Assembly (NCBI GenBank): GCA_964016885.1
Contig: OZ024740.1
Coordinates: 273,668,001 to 273,732,000, forward strand
DNA: 64,000 nt
Source of the DNA: Eledone cirrhosa
Taxonomy: Eukaryota
Direction: 5' to 3'
Made by a program: the position numbers and the translations under genes
Shown here: piece by piece, positions 12,461 through 28,152 of the stretch
Numbering within the stretch: the stretch's first letter is position 1
How the letters are laid out: each line of letters starts with the position of its first letter
Notes under the pieces: model-generated
Databases searched by the model: none
Seen by the model: the letters and a program-made list of their open reading frames with translations, nothing else
Told to the model about the DNA's origin: nothing

Positions 12461-13240
12461 TAATGTAAACAAACAAACAGCCCGAATTACGCCGTACAGT
12501 GTTTAGGAAACCATGTCACCTTTTCGTTCAACACTGACACAGGAACGATGTACTAGTTTCAAGCTTATTAGCTATCGTCAGCATCGTATACCTTTCTGCC
12601 AGATGGTTGAACGTCTGAAAGTATATACTTTCCTTATGCATATTACCGACTGAGCAGCCTAATTTGCATATCGAGTGGGTTCTGTCGGCCGGGCGCACCG
12701 AAAACGAAACATATATATATATATATATATATTTCATGTAAACAGACATTCGTCTCATTCTAACGTCACCAGCCCTGTCTCTACATGCGCGTTTATCTTC
12801 AAATTGCGCATGATGTTGAACTAGCCTGCTTTTAAATTCCGTTTTTGGCATATTATAAACGGCGGTATTTTGGTTATCGTGTCTTTAGGCTCTGCTGATG
12901 ATCGATTCCAACAGTGACCATCCCCACTGAAAGTTTCGTGAAATAGTCTTTTTTAAGTCTAGACAGAGCATTTGTAGTTTTTTCCAAATTGAAGGATGAG
13001 TATATTAAACTTTATTTTATTCTGAATTAAGGCTCTATTGATTGTTCCCTGGATTTCAGTAAATTCTGTGGATGAATCTATATCCGGATCCTTTTTTTAA
13101 TTGAGTTTAAATTATTTTGCCACAACTTACGTCAACTATTTTTCCATTTTGACGCTATAGTCACTTATATATTGTGGAATACTGTTGGCTTCTTGACAAA
13201 ATATTTCTATACTTTTCATTTATATATATATATATATATA

Positions 13241-13302
13241 TGTAGATAAATCTACCAAGAGTTTACGGTAGTGTCCAATGTGTTTTATTCATTATTTGTT
13301 TA

Positions 13303-13310
<8 letters not shown>
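13241..13310. mobile_element. Miniature inverted fragment of the 3761-3971 pLTR in (TA)n
   Basis: 13241-13279 is the exact reverse complement of 3933-3971; 13288-13310 is a direct copy of 3813-3835. Confidence 0.8.
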
Positions 13311-13344
<34 letters not shown>

Positions 13345-13345
<1 letters not shown>

Positions 13346-15737
13346 TAGCAGAAGTACCCGGCGTTGTCCGAGTGTAAGTCGACCTTTGGTCAGTTAGAAT
13401 GTATGAAAGTTACTTCCCGCGCATCACAGGTTCAAAACTTCGAACTTCAATGAAAAAAAATAAGGTTAGTAGACACAGGTGTGTAATTTATTAATTGTAG
13501 TTACACAGTGTATCGTTGAAATTGTTCTCTGCACGACTGACGGAAGTCAAAATCGCTTGATATTGAATGTTCAGTTAATTTAATTAAAAGGGCCTTTATC
13601 TTAACCGCGGCATAATGGCGAGTCATTTGTGACAGTTTTCAAGAATATAGGACGTTCCTGTAAAAAGTTTTCCCATGTGTAACTTTGCCTTGTTTTTTTG
13701 CGCAAAGTCGAGCCCCGCTTCAGTTTTATTGATTTTTTACATCAATGCGTGATCTCTGAAGTAGATTTGAGTAGCTAAAAACCTGTCCTGGTAAATTTGC
13801 TATAGGTGAAAAAAAGTTGATCAAAAACAGCCTTAAGCCTCGTCTGACGGGATGTTGGTGATTCCTCCGTCAGCATTTGTTGGCGACGAAGGCGAACATC
13901 AGCAAGCCTTGTCGTACGTGATGTTGGTGACTCAACCAGCCGGGAAAGACGTCTATCAGCGAGTCGAGATTCGCGCTCAGCAGGTGTTTCCTAGAGAAAA
14001 TTAATTAATTCTACTGGTTAGCTAAGCCAATGGCAGTGTCAATAGTAAATGAGAAAAGTCTAACATGAACAAAAGGGAATCAAGGTAAGACAATAAATTT
14101 AATATAACTACGATTAGAATGTTGTAGTTGCTTAAAAGTGGTGACAGTTAGGATAAACGCAGTATTTGCTAACATTAAGGGAGAATATTGCATAAAGGAT
14201 TAATCAATTGTGAATGAACTCATACCTGAGAACGCCTAATTCGTTGTCTGAAAGCAGTAGCTGTACCTTTTTTGGAGGTAAGTCTTGAAAGTTTCCGTGT
14301 GGGCATAACGACGTGTAACGAAGCTGTTAGGTTAGAGAGAGGTGATTAAATACAGAGAGAGATGACACCAGATTCGTTAGCATGGTTACTGGTGAATGGG
14401 AAGGTTTGGAAATATGATTACAATAACTTACCGAATTTTCCGGTCTATAAATTGCACTTAAAATAATTAAATTTAATAAAAAAACAGCTCTGCGCTTTAT
14501 ACTCCGGTGAGCCTTATGTAAATAATACAATGGTAATCAATCACGGCTCTAACAGAAGTAATAGTTCTAGACGAAAAGTAAAGAAGATAGCATTTTCCTG
14601 GTTGGCCTTACACGACGTTGCGCGGACCTGATTTTAAATATATCCTGGTGAGCCCTATAGAGCGGAAAATATCTATTGGAAAAGAATACGAATTCATGAC
14701 CAAGGTGTGACAAAATAGGCGTCTATACAGCGCCTGAAACAAACTTGTCCAAAACCCTAGGATTTTTCTCGTTAAGTAACCACGGAAAAGAAACTTTTTT
14801 TTAGTTACAAAAAATAACCAAAGTGTATAGTAGCTATATTCCTGACATATCATGCCAAAAAGAACAATATATTCAAAGAATGTTCTAAAGTACATTCAAT
14901 CTCTCTTTTTGACCGATATCTTAACAAGCAAGTTATCGATTTTATTGGCTGTCAGTGTCTATCTGCATGCAGGTGTGCACGTGTGCGCAATTAATTGCAA
15001 ATACGCTCATAACATTTAGTCGTAAGCAGAACAAAAAATGCCATTAGAGGTGGGCTAATAATGAAGACACAAACCCTGGTGAACTTACGTTTAAACACCC
15101 GAAAAGTTACTCACTTCCTGTGCAAAAGACTGTATTATAAATTAAGTAATTTTTTAGAATCTTTTGTTTAAAAAAGGAAAACATTGGTACGACGTAACAA
15201 TTTTTACAACTTTGTATGTGTACAATACAACTTGGTCAACGTATTATTTAGTAATTTTTTTTTCAAAAAGCATGATTATTTAAGACTGTTTGATATTTAC
15301 TCACAGCTTTTAGCATCACAAAAGACACCATTAAATTTGGTTCCCTTTTCAGATAGGGATACTACTGTATTTCCACTTGAATAAGGTGGAATATGAAAAA
15401 ATATAAACTCTTTAATGGTCGGTCGTTTACTGAGACAGCTCGGAAGACATGCAGCTGGCCGTCCAATCAATATCGCTCGTCCTTATATGGGCATATGAAA
15501 TTTATTTTTATTGCGCCAGATGTAAACTAAGAGTTCTTGTGTTCGAATTCACATAAAATTTCATTGGAATCGAAAAACATTCTGTCATAGGGCCGATTAT
15601 CGGTTTTCGAGTAGCCTATTCCACTCTACGCGTTGAGTTTTATATATGTGTGAGATTTCATGAAAATTGGATGAACGTTGTAGCATGCAAGTTCCGAACA
15701 CCAAACAATCTCCATCTTCCCTTTATATATATATAGA
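13345..15737 (-). mobile_element. Non-autonomous Helitron
   Basis: Minus strand starts A|TCTATATATATATAAAG and ends with hairpin cggacaacgccggg then CTAG|T; AT target and no TSD. Confidence 0.7.
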
Positions 15738-15881
15738 TATTTATATATAATATCCAGGTCTAGCAAATAGAGAAAAAGTTTTAAAATAAATTTTAAAAAA
15801 TTCGCTGTACTTACTATATGTGCCTTTACCGCAGTTTCAGGTTGCAAAATAACGGTATAATATAAGCGGATTTCCATTGAA

Positions 15882-15938
<57 letters not shown>

Positions 15939-15939
15939 T

Positions 15940-16130
15940 AAGTAGTAACACAACAGTTAGATCACCATACCGAGAACAATTGTTTCACCTGCTGTGCGAG
16001 CTGAAGATTCGCATAAGGTGAAGCAATTGTTCTCGGTATGGTGATCCAACTGTTGTGTTACTACTTCTACAAAACTCGTCCCATGGACTGAGTGCTCTAC
16101 CACTACGGATATTACCTTCCAGTGTTCTAC

Positions 16131-16133
<3 letters not shown>
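15940..16133 (+). repeat. Fold-back insertion centred on a hairpin followed by an HHR 3' half
   Basis: Arms 15940-15990 / 16016-16066; GAA(A/G)-caattg-TT immediately follows the central stem; flanked by (TA)n. Confidence 0.8.
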
Positions 16134-16208
<75 letters not shown>

Positions 16209-16219
16209 CTTTATATATA

Positions 16220-16256
<37 letters not shown>

Positions 16257-16306
16257 TGATTAAATCTTAACCATCCAATATGTCAGAGTATGTCATGTAT
16301 CATTTT

Positions 16307-16372
16307 ATTTTATCTGATGAGGACGTACTGTTGAACTTGATTCAAGTACCTCTGAAATATGTATAATAAAAT
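16307..16372 (+). ncRNA. Type I hammerhead ribozyme, complete
   Basis: attttat-CTGATGA-ggacgtact..tgaa/ttca..agtacctct-GAAA-tatgta-TA-ataaaat; stem I is perfect. Confidence 0.85.
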
Positions 16373-16751
16373 TTTATTGATCGCAAGAACATCTATTTTT
16401 TAATATTTGAATTTAATATTAATGACTCTGGAAAATCTATCACTGTAGAGTGCTTTCAATCTATTGTAAAACTCATTCTTTGATGTACTCATTGAAATTT
16501 GTTTAACTTTTTAATATATATATATATAATAGTTAAAAAGAAAAAAGAAACAGTAGAAAATGGTAAAGGAATTTTGTCGGAAATAGGAATTTCCGTACTT
16601 TTCGTACCGGTTTCTTCCTATACGCTTCTTCATGCGATAGAAGTGTATAATGAAATTAAATTGTATACTAATAAGAATACTGGAAAAATAATTAACATGG
16701 TTAACATACGTATATATATAGAGAAAATTTCCCATTTTTGTTTGGCGTTTT

Positions 16752-16800
<49 letters not shown>

Positions 16801-16876
16801 AACATAGACTATCTTCAATGAACTTATAACATGAAGTTCACATGAAGATATGAGACTATCTTTACACCGATTATTG

Positions 16877-16937
16877 TATTTTATCTGACGAAACCGTACT
16901 AAAATATTACTACTCTTGAAATACGTATAATGAAATA
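16877..16937 (+). ncRNA. Type I hammerhead ribozyme, intact core, eroded stem II
   Basis: tattttat-CTGACGA-aaccgtact..tactctt-GAAA-tacgta-TA-atgaaata; perfectly palindromic stem III. Confidence 0.72.
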
Positions 16938-17199
16938 AATATGGTTTTATAACGATATGTTCCATTTATTAATATTATTGATATTAATGATACTTCGGAA
17001 AAATTCGTTGAGTGCTTCTAATCTGTTGCAAGTCAACTTTGTTGAATAATCAACAAACCAAATAACTCAGTGTTTATATATATATATATACACACACACA
17101 CGTCAAAAGATATATATATATATGTATATATTGATATGTATATATATATCAATATATACATATTGATATGTGTATATATATATATATACACATTCATAC

Positions 17200-17232
<33 letters not shown>

Positions 17233-17234
<2 letters not shown>

Positions 17235-17404
17235 ACGAAGGAAATGTGGTAAGGAACCAGGTGGACCATAACGCACCAAAGTACTCAATACTTGAGGTAG
17301 TAGAGTGGGTAATAGGAACCAGTAAGACCCCGACAGCTGAGCTCAAGCCGTTTCGAATTAGCCGTCGAAACGGCTTGAGCTCAGCTGTCGGGGTCTTACT
17401 GGTT

Positions 17405-17408
<4 letters not shown>
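17233..17408 (-). mobile_element. pLTR family X copy 1 with fold-back
   Basis: Shares aacgaaggaaatgtggtaaggaacc..gtagtagagtggg with 41756, 47138 and 59987; about 44-bp perfect inverted arms; flanked by (TA)n. Confidence 0.85.
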
Positions 17409-17439
<31 letters not shown>

Positions 17440-17486
17440 GCATATACATATACAAACCTACATAGATATGTACACACACACACATT

Positions 17487-17536
<50 letters not shown>

Positions 17537-17548
17537 CATATACATGTC

Positions 17549-17586
<38 letters not shown>

Positions 17587-17899
17587 CGGGTGTGTTTATA
17601 TAAGTGTATATATAATTGTGGCTACATGTATGTGTTCACTTTTGTGAGTGAGTATATCCATGATATATTTGTGTATATGTATGTGGTAATAGCAATAGCT
17701 GTCTATTTCTGACAGGAAGCACATTCGTGTTTCCCACTTCTTTCACAGACGGCGACGCTTTCACTTTGAAAAATGGTTCTTTTTATTGACAAGGCTTTTA
17801 TAACGAAAGGATATTAATCATTTGAAAAGAAGATCTGAAATTCATCAAAAATAGATATTAGTATTATTTTTTAAATATGTATATATATGTATATATGTG

Positions 17900-18101
<202 letters not shown>

Positions 18102-18187
18102 TACATATATACACTCACACACACATATATATATATACATATATACATATATATGCATATATTTATGTATATATGTATATATGTATG

Positions 18188-18286
<99 letters not shown>

Positions 18287-18746
18287 AATATATATATATA
18301 TATTTATTTTACATATATACGTATATACATATATATGCATATATATATATATATACACACATATATATATATATATATATAACTGTGTGTGTGTGTGTGT
18401 GTTTGTGTTTATGTGTGTATATGTGAGTGGTTGTGAATTTGTGTGTGGGGTGCTGGAGCGCGCGCGACTGTATATATATATATATCTATATATATTCACA
18501 TATATATATATACATATATTCTGATGTATACAAAAACACATATTCACACACACACATACACATATCTGCCTGCAAATGAGCATACGTATATTTCGAAGTG
18601 TGTCTGTTTGTGTATTGTCATATATTGCAACTGTTTTGCTGAAAATCTACACAGCGACACGTGATTAAGCATGTGTGTGTGTGGCTCTGTGTTTGAGAAG
18701 ATAGAGAGATAGAGAGATAGATAGAGAGACTGAGAGAGAGAGAGAG

Positions 18747-18777
<31 letters not shown>

Positions 18778-20799
18778 GACAGAGAGAGTGAGAGAGAGTC
18801 AGAGAAAGGGAGAGAGGGAGAGAGAAAGAGAGCGGTAGAGAGATAGATAGATATATATATAGAGAGAGAAAAAATATGAATGTAGTAAAAGTCTAGCGGA
18901 TAAACGGGAAATTTAAAGTTCCCATAATAAGGTTAATATAAATTTTGGCGATAAACTCTTCATAATGTACCCTAAAAGAGACACTAACATTCTAAGGCGA
19001 CAAATCTCCACATCCCGATGATAAAACTCTGAATATCTAGAAACGTTGTTTTGACAATGCACTCAGGAAACGTATTGCACCAAATAGGCGTTATATTTCT
19101 ATTAAGGACATAATTGATAAACGTAATGAAAATTAGAAACTCGAACATAAGCATATCTGTATGTATCTATGTATGAATGTATGTATGTATGTGCGAATAT
19201 ATTTATCTATATATGTACTTACGTATGTATGCATGTATGTATGTATATATGTGCGTATTTATGTATGTGTGTATATATGTTAGTGTGTATTTATGTACGA
19301 CGTATGTATGTATATATATATATGTGTAAGTATGTATGTATAATTGTATATATGTGTGTATGTTTGTGCATATTTTAAGACAAGTTTGTACTCATGTTTA
19401 ATATTTTTTATTAATCATGTATTCAGATTTTCTTATTTGCTTCTCTCCAGATTTAGTTTGTAAATGTCACATTATTTCCATGAAACCTTCGAGATCGTTT
19501 TAGTCTCGTTTTTTAAATAATGTGACAATAATAGCGCGTTGTTGTTGCGCTATGTTTTCCTTTATTTTTAGACAAAAAAGAGTCAGAGTATCAAGGCAGT
19601 AACTGATAAGATCATCTCCGAATTTCATTTTTTTAAGAGTTTAGCAGAGGCTAATAGCTGCTGTTCAATTTTTCAAATACGCTGTTGATTTTGTCTCGTA
19701 TTATGCTATTAGTACAGCTTTGGAATCCAATCTGTCTGTTAGTGAAAGTTATTGTTTCAAATGGAGTAAATGTATGGGCAATTGTCTCGCTTCTCTACGT
19801 GTCCACATTCCATTACGGTCAACTTTACGTTTCATTCAGTCGAGTACAATATATAATTTACCCTAGAGTGTTGGTGGATTGGCGAAATCTTTAGAGAGTC
19901 AGGCAAGATATTTCTGTTCTCAGTTCAAATCTCACCTCCGTCTGCTGGGATTCGTAACTGGCAGATCAAATCAGCAATGGAAATACCAATGGAAAAATTG
20001 TTTCCTTGGTCAATCGGCTTTTTGTTTCCTTTTTTCTGTTTAGTTTTGTCTTCTGTTAAGGAGATGTGACCGAACATGTTTTGGATGTGTTTATTTAAAT
20101 TTTTCTCAGAATCATTCTATTTTTCCTGTCGATTTAACACGATGAATTCAAACAATACTTATCCCATGAAGATGGACTTTTACATTGTAAATATGTTAAT
20201 TCAGTTGTGTGACATCGGTCACGTATGAAAAGGATAATGGATGATGGATATGTTAGCCCCTTTAGTTTGGACACATCTCTAAAATAATATAATGGACAGA
20301 GATAGAGATGTAGGAAGTAATGAAATAACAGCGGTAGCTGAGCTGGCTCTGTGCTTTTTGAGCTCAAATCCCACTCCTGCCAGAATGGTGAATGGCAGAT
20401 ATTAACAGCAGCGGGAAAATCCATGAAAATGTAGTTTAGTTACATATTTTCCGAAGCCGCTATATAGAACATGACTACTATATGATGTTCCTGAATAATA
20501 CTAATTCTATCAATAACGTTGTTTTGAGGCGAACAAAAAAGGATTTTTCTTGATTTGTGCGTGGAGCGCAGTGGTTGTTGAATCTGCAAGAAATAGTCAC
20601 CAGAATCCCCACTATATGTGATACTCTACCGTCTTAAAAATAGAAAGTCGTATGAGTTAATTTAGTTTTTCAAATGTCAGGAAAATAAATTTGTTTCAGT
20701 CGTTCGTATGGGAGTTCGATAAAAAATAAATCGAAATTATTTGAACAGCTAAATATACTAGCCAAATCCTCATCGAATCAGACTCTCACGTCTTCAAAA

Positions 20800-20831
<32 letters not shown>

Positions 20832-21258
20832 CATTTTATTATAGTATAAGATAGATACACAGTGTATGAAAATTATAATGACGGGATGGTCTCGGTTAGA
20901 AAGCTTTCTCATCATAGCTCTACTCGTTCAGCTTTGACACGGCCCTAAATAATAAAACAACAATGAAGTATATATATATTGTTCCTTTTACGCTAGAATA
21001 AATGAAATGTGAAATATAACCTGCCTATGAGCAAGAAATTTAAAGTTGTTGGTTCTAGCTAAGGAACATGCTTTGAATAGATGTGTTATAGGTCAGTAGT
21101 TTTATAACCTAACTATTTCCCTGCAAGAACCACTTTCTCTTTCTTAACACAGCTTCATGACACCACATCCCATATCTTTCACTTAGTCACACTTAATATA
21201 TATTATACACGTCTACTAAACATACTTCACAAAAAAATATACTTTCGAATATGTATAA

Positions 21259-21290
<32 letters not shown>

Positions 21291-21291
21291 A

Positions 21292-21322
<31 letters not shown>

Positions 21323-21323
21323 A

Positions 21324-21436
<113 letters not shown>

Positions 21437-21445
21437 TTTATATAT

Positions 21446-21617
<172 letters not shown>

Positions 21618-21724
21618 TATATATATATTATATATATATATATATATACATAAGTATATATATATAAATAAATATATATATATATATAAATTTACAAGAG
21701 ATATATAGATATATAGATATGTAC

Positions 21725-21764
<40 letters not shown>

Positions 21765-22301
21765 TTATATGTGTGTGTGAGTGTGTGTGTTCCTGTCTGT
21801 GTGTGCAGTTGTTTCTGTGTACAAGTGTAAGTAAACACACATACATATATATATATATATGTATATATGTAGGTGTATTTTTGTGTGCCTTTGTGTGTGT
21901 ATATGCAGGCGATTGTTAAGCTCACTTGGGTATTTTATAGCAAAAATAGAAACTTATATAACTAGTGCTCATGTGTACATACCTATATGAACATGATTTC
22001 ATTACCTGCCGCTCTACATTCTCAGTCGAATAGCTCTCTCTAATCTATAAAGGCGATCATGGCACAGCAAACTCATGTTTCATACCAACATGTGTCCTTT
22101 GTAGCTCGACATCTGAACATTAAAACCATTACGCATGTAGAAAACAGACACACATATAACCCCCCCCCCCCCCCACACACACACACCTATATACATATAT
22201 ATAATATATATATATATACACATCGACACAGACACTCACACACACACACACATATGTATATATATGCATATATGTATATTTATATATATAGTATATATGT
22301 G

Positions 22302-22345
<44 letters not shown>

Positions 22346-22382
22346 CATATATATATGTGCGTGTGCGTGTATATACATATAC

Positions 22383-22477
<95 letters not shown>

Positions 22478-22499
22478 TATATACACACACATACACACA

Positions 22500-22603
<104 letters not shown>

Positions 22604-23309
22604 ATATATATATATATATATATATGCATGTATGTATGTGTATGTGCGTGTCTATGTGTGTATGTGAGTGTGTAAAGAGAAACATTGGTTGTGTATTTTT
22701 GCATGCAGAAAAGAATATAAAAACATTGCTTTCATTTTTGATTTCTTTTTTATTTTTATTTTTACTTTCTGGGTCTCTTTTTGTTCTTGGACAATGAACC
22801 GTTCCATTTCCTTTACTAAATGTTTCCCTTTGGTCAATACATATATATTTCGGTTAGCTGACCAGAAATGGCTGTTTCATCAGTCTATTCCAATATGATG
22901 GAAGATGTGTGTTTTTTCCAGGAACACAAATGCTTTGTCTGGCTTTAATATTATTTATAACATCTGAAGTCTGTGGATTCTAATATCGGAAGCTAGCAAG
23001 TAATGAATTTAATGAGAGACGTATTGTGACAAAAATAAATGAATAAATGAAACAAAATAAAGTACCACCCTCTTTCTATAAACGGTGAAAATAAAAGAAG
23101 GAAAAAGTAATGAAAAGCAATATAAAACAAAAATATACAAGTAAAAATATTTAACAAGTAAAATATTTTGTATGTAGTATCCAACAATCAAATGATATTG
23201 ATTTTTTGTTTTGTTTTATTAGTACCAAATCCAGTGTCTGAATAATATTTGTTGATTGAATTGACAACCATTATATTACTGGTATCAATATTTTCAGGTA
23301 ACATGGGTA

Positions 23310-23387
23310 TTGGTCACACATCATGACGGTATGTATTCTTCGTCTTCGCCTTTTTCCTTCTCCTCCACCTCCTCTTTCCCCGCATCG

Positions 23388-23452
<65 letters not shown>

Positions 23453-23645
23453 TTCATCATCATCATTATCCTCATCAACATCCCCCCCCCTCCTCCTCCC
23501 CTTCCCCCTCCCATCCTCCTCCTCCTCCTCCTCATCATCATCATCATCATAATCATCACCACGACCACCATCTTCTTCTTCTTCTTCTTCTTCTTCTTCT
23601 TCTTCTTCTTCTTCTTCTTCTTCTTCTTCTTCTTCTTCTTCTTCA
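23310..23645. repeat. Compound (CAT)n/(CCT)n/(CTT)n trinucleotide repeat
   Basis: Directly visible. Confidence 0.95.
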
Positions 23646-23950
23646 GTTCTGTTTGCTCCCTATGGATAATTGGCTGACGTATGATTTCCAGTTTCAAGCC
23701 CATGTTTGCCGGGTTTTCCTCCACTGAACAATCAAATCCTTACTGGTTTGTTTTTCTTTCATGCTTCCTATGTAAGGATACCCTCACTGGTATCTTCGTA
23801 GATGGCCAGGCATCTTCAAACGTCGAAGTGTGAGGGTATTTCTCAGTTTACTCAGACGGGACATTTCCAAGACCACTTCATCATTCGTGATGTAGTCCCA
23901 CCAAGAAATTTCAACTACGTTCCTAAGGCAACCTCTATAGAAAACACCTG
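23645..23950 (-). mobile_element. RTE-like LINE 3' fragment ending in a (GAA)n tail
   Basis: Minus strand reads approximately FYRGCLRNVVEISWWDYITNDEVV..RRLKMPGHLRR, which matches the RTE post-RT motif RCLR.I..I.W.D.ITNEEV..RRL.W.GH..R. Confidence 0.6.
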
Positions 23951-24812
23951 CTATTCTTACAGACTACAATCTTATAGTCTTTAATGTCATTCGTTTGCTT
24001 AGGACATGCGTACTTATTAGTGTAACTATAACGACCAGCACATATATATTCCAATATTTATATCTGTTCTCTCTATCACTACATATTTCACTTTTCTAAA
24101 CATTGTTTATTCTTCAAAATACTTGTCTGGCATAAGCATCGTGTGATTAAAATATTTGTTTTGAAATACAACTTTGGGGGTTCGACTTTATTGCGTGACA
24201 TATTGGGGAAATGCCTTCAAATATAACATTGGCTATGAAATTGAATGAGTGGACTCAATATTTTCTTAGGTTTTAGACTTATACCATCAGCAAGTTTAAG
24301 CACTCGTGTAATTCAGATGAACCTACTCCGATTAAAGTATTTGACTTAGGAAAATGAAAATACTCGACGTAAGGAAGCTGTTAAAACAGAAAAATGCTGT
24401 CGAAGCGGTATTGTGTTAAACATGCCCTCGAACGACAGAAATCAGCGCTATATCTTCGTTATACCAATGAAGATATTTATTTCTCCGCTGTTACGAGCCA
24501 CCTATTTATCGCAGTAATTTCAGGTAAATTGTTGAAGCTGCAAGGGTTCTGAAATCTGATGAGCGTATTTTTATGTTTGTGGTCTCTTCTAATCCATTCT
24601 CTTTCTTCCTTCCTATCAATTCTTCGAGTCATCTAACTTCGAGACGCTTATCTCTGTCCTTCGAGGTAATGTTTTACTCTACGCCGTTTCGACAGCATTT
24701 TGCTGTTTTGACAGCGTCCTTACGCCGAGTTTTTTCTATTTTTCTACGAATTCTAATATACTTGCGTTTCAAAAGTCGATAATCGAGTTAATTTTTTTTA
24801 TATATACATGTG

Positions 24813-25939
<1,127 letters not shown>

Positions 25940-25987
25940 TATATACATGAATTAGGATTGGTGCTCTGAAATAGCGATCTATACATA

Positions 25988-26235
25988 CATGTATGTATAG
26001 TATATTAGGCAATATACCGTATGTTTAATTTAATATATTTTGAAGACCTTGTGGGGAGTACGATGATCTGAGGATCACCAACAGTATGAAACAGAATCTG
26101 TCAGATTCTCTCTCTTCCTTTGCCGAAGAACGGCGTAAGTGACATAGTCACTACTTTAAAAGTGATAGCGCAAGGTCTTCAAAATATTTTTAATTAAACA
26201 TACGTACAGTATATTGCCAAATATACTATACATAC

Positions 26236-26238
<3 letters not shown>
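25988..26238. repeat. Inverted repeat (about 65-bp imperfect arms) around a spacer of about 120 bp
   Basis: atgtatgtatagtatattaggcaatatac..ttttgaagaccttg versus caaggtcttcaaaa..gtatattgccaaatatactatacatacat. Confidence 0.75.
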
Positions 26239-26284
<46 letters not shown>

Positions 26285-26382
26285 GGAAAAAGAAGTATCT
26301 GTAATACATAGGAACATAATTTATTACATATTACAATTGTTTCTCCGGCGAACAGCTCAAGGTGCGATGTATATATATATAT

Positions 26383-26560
26383 CAATCGTGAGGCTGAGAG
26401 TTCGATTCCCGGACCGGGTGATGCATTAGGTCCTTGAGCAAGATTCTTTATTTCACGTTGCTCCTTCTACCTGGAGCTGCGCCCGATAGATAGTATTAGC
26501 AATTGGAAAGACCCATGGAAACATTATTCCTACGGTCAGATTTGACGAAAGTCTATCGAT
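26383..26560 (+). mobile_element. tRNA-derived SINE family B, 5'-truncated
   Basis: B box gagttcgattccc, gtccttgagcaaga, and tail shared with 28504-28713. Confidence 0.85.
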
Positions 26561-27270
26561 TGTCGATATATATCTCTATATATATATGCGTATGTGTGTG
26601 TGCTTGTTTGTGTGTGTGAGTGTATTTGTGTCGGTGCGTCTGCGTGTCTGTATGTCAGTGTGATCACGGTGGAAATATCTGTCATTATTGGTCTGCTCAA
26701 TCCTGCTTGGCTTAGAGTTGATAAGTAAAACAAATAATTTTGAGCAAGGTAGGTAGCTGGAATTAACATTTGGAAATTATGTTGTTTTTGATAATGTTGG
26801 TTACGTTTGAATGACTAAAACTATGATGTAAGACATTCTAGAGATAACAATCTGGCTTGCTATCGGCATATCCCTTACCCATTATTCCACACGATCAACA
26901 CATATTCCTTGATAACCTCTTTGTCTGACGCTCTCCACCATGATCGTTTTGAAATACTTCTAAGCATTTTGTGTACGTCTTAGTAAACTATCTACACTTT
27001 TACCTCATCAGCTAAATGTCGACGTCCGTCCGGAATAATTCCAAAGCTAACGGTTTGATAGGGAATGCCGAATGGCTTTCAGTTGTTTTATCTAATGTTA
27101 AATTAGTCAACGTTTTTTTTTCGTTTACGATGACATCGGGGTTTAATTTTCGAGGCAATTTAGCTGCTGTCTGTAGTAAATTGTATGTAATCTGCAGGAG
27201 AGATTATCAGAGACTGTGAGACTTACCTTGTGTTGTGTGGGATAAAGGAGCTAAGAGTAAAATGCATGTC

Positions 27271-27307
<37 letters not shown>

Positions 27308-27309
27308 TT

Positions 27310-27740
27310 AATATAGAAGAGCTTTAGAGGACTAAAACTGTTTCATCCGTGAGAAATCATGAGGGAGCTAGCTGTACAAATAAGTAGCGGTATTTATATC
27401 TTTTCTTTTCTGGTGGTAGGAAAGGGTGGAGATTGGGATGTGTGGCGGTCATTGGTTGAAGGATTTAAAGAAAAGGGAGTTCATTAAAAGCTAATTCTTT
27501 AAAGAAATAGTATTAACAAAGGCAAAAAGAATACTGTAAACAAATCAAATTTGGAATACCAATCCTAGTTTATCACTTAAACTAACAATGTCTGTAACAC
27601 AGGTGCTTACAGGATGGGTGGGGTTCAATTGTTTCAAGAAAGGGAAATTCTTTAGAAGCTAATACTTTAAGGCGAGAATAAGGGTGAGAAGAGCAGAGAA
27701 GGTTCCATCAACAGATTCAAGTGTTGGGGTGATTCCCCTT
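27310..27740 (-). mobile_element. Probable PLE 3'-end relic with a degenerate HHR
   Basis: Minus strand CTCATGA-tttctcacggat-GAAA-cag at about 27338-27363; flanked by (TA)n. Confidence 0.35.
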
Positions 27741-27746
27741 ATATGT

Positions 27747-27796
<50 letters not shown>

Positions 27797-27846
27797 GTCA
27801 AATTACAAAACATGAGGAGATAATAGACAAAAATATACATTATACG

Positions 27847-27893
<47 letters not shown>

Positions 27894-27979
27894 AACATAT
27901 ACATACATATATATGTATATATATATATATAAATATATATATATTTATACATACATATATATACATATATATATGTATC

Positions 27980-28053
<74 letters not shown>

Positions 28054-28062
28054 CACACACAC

Positions 28063-28128
<66 letters not shown>

Positions 28129-28152
28129 ATGTATATATATATATATATACAT

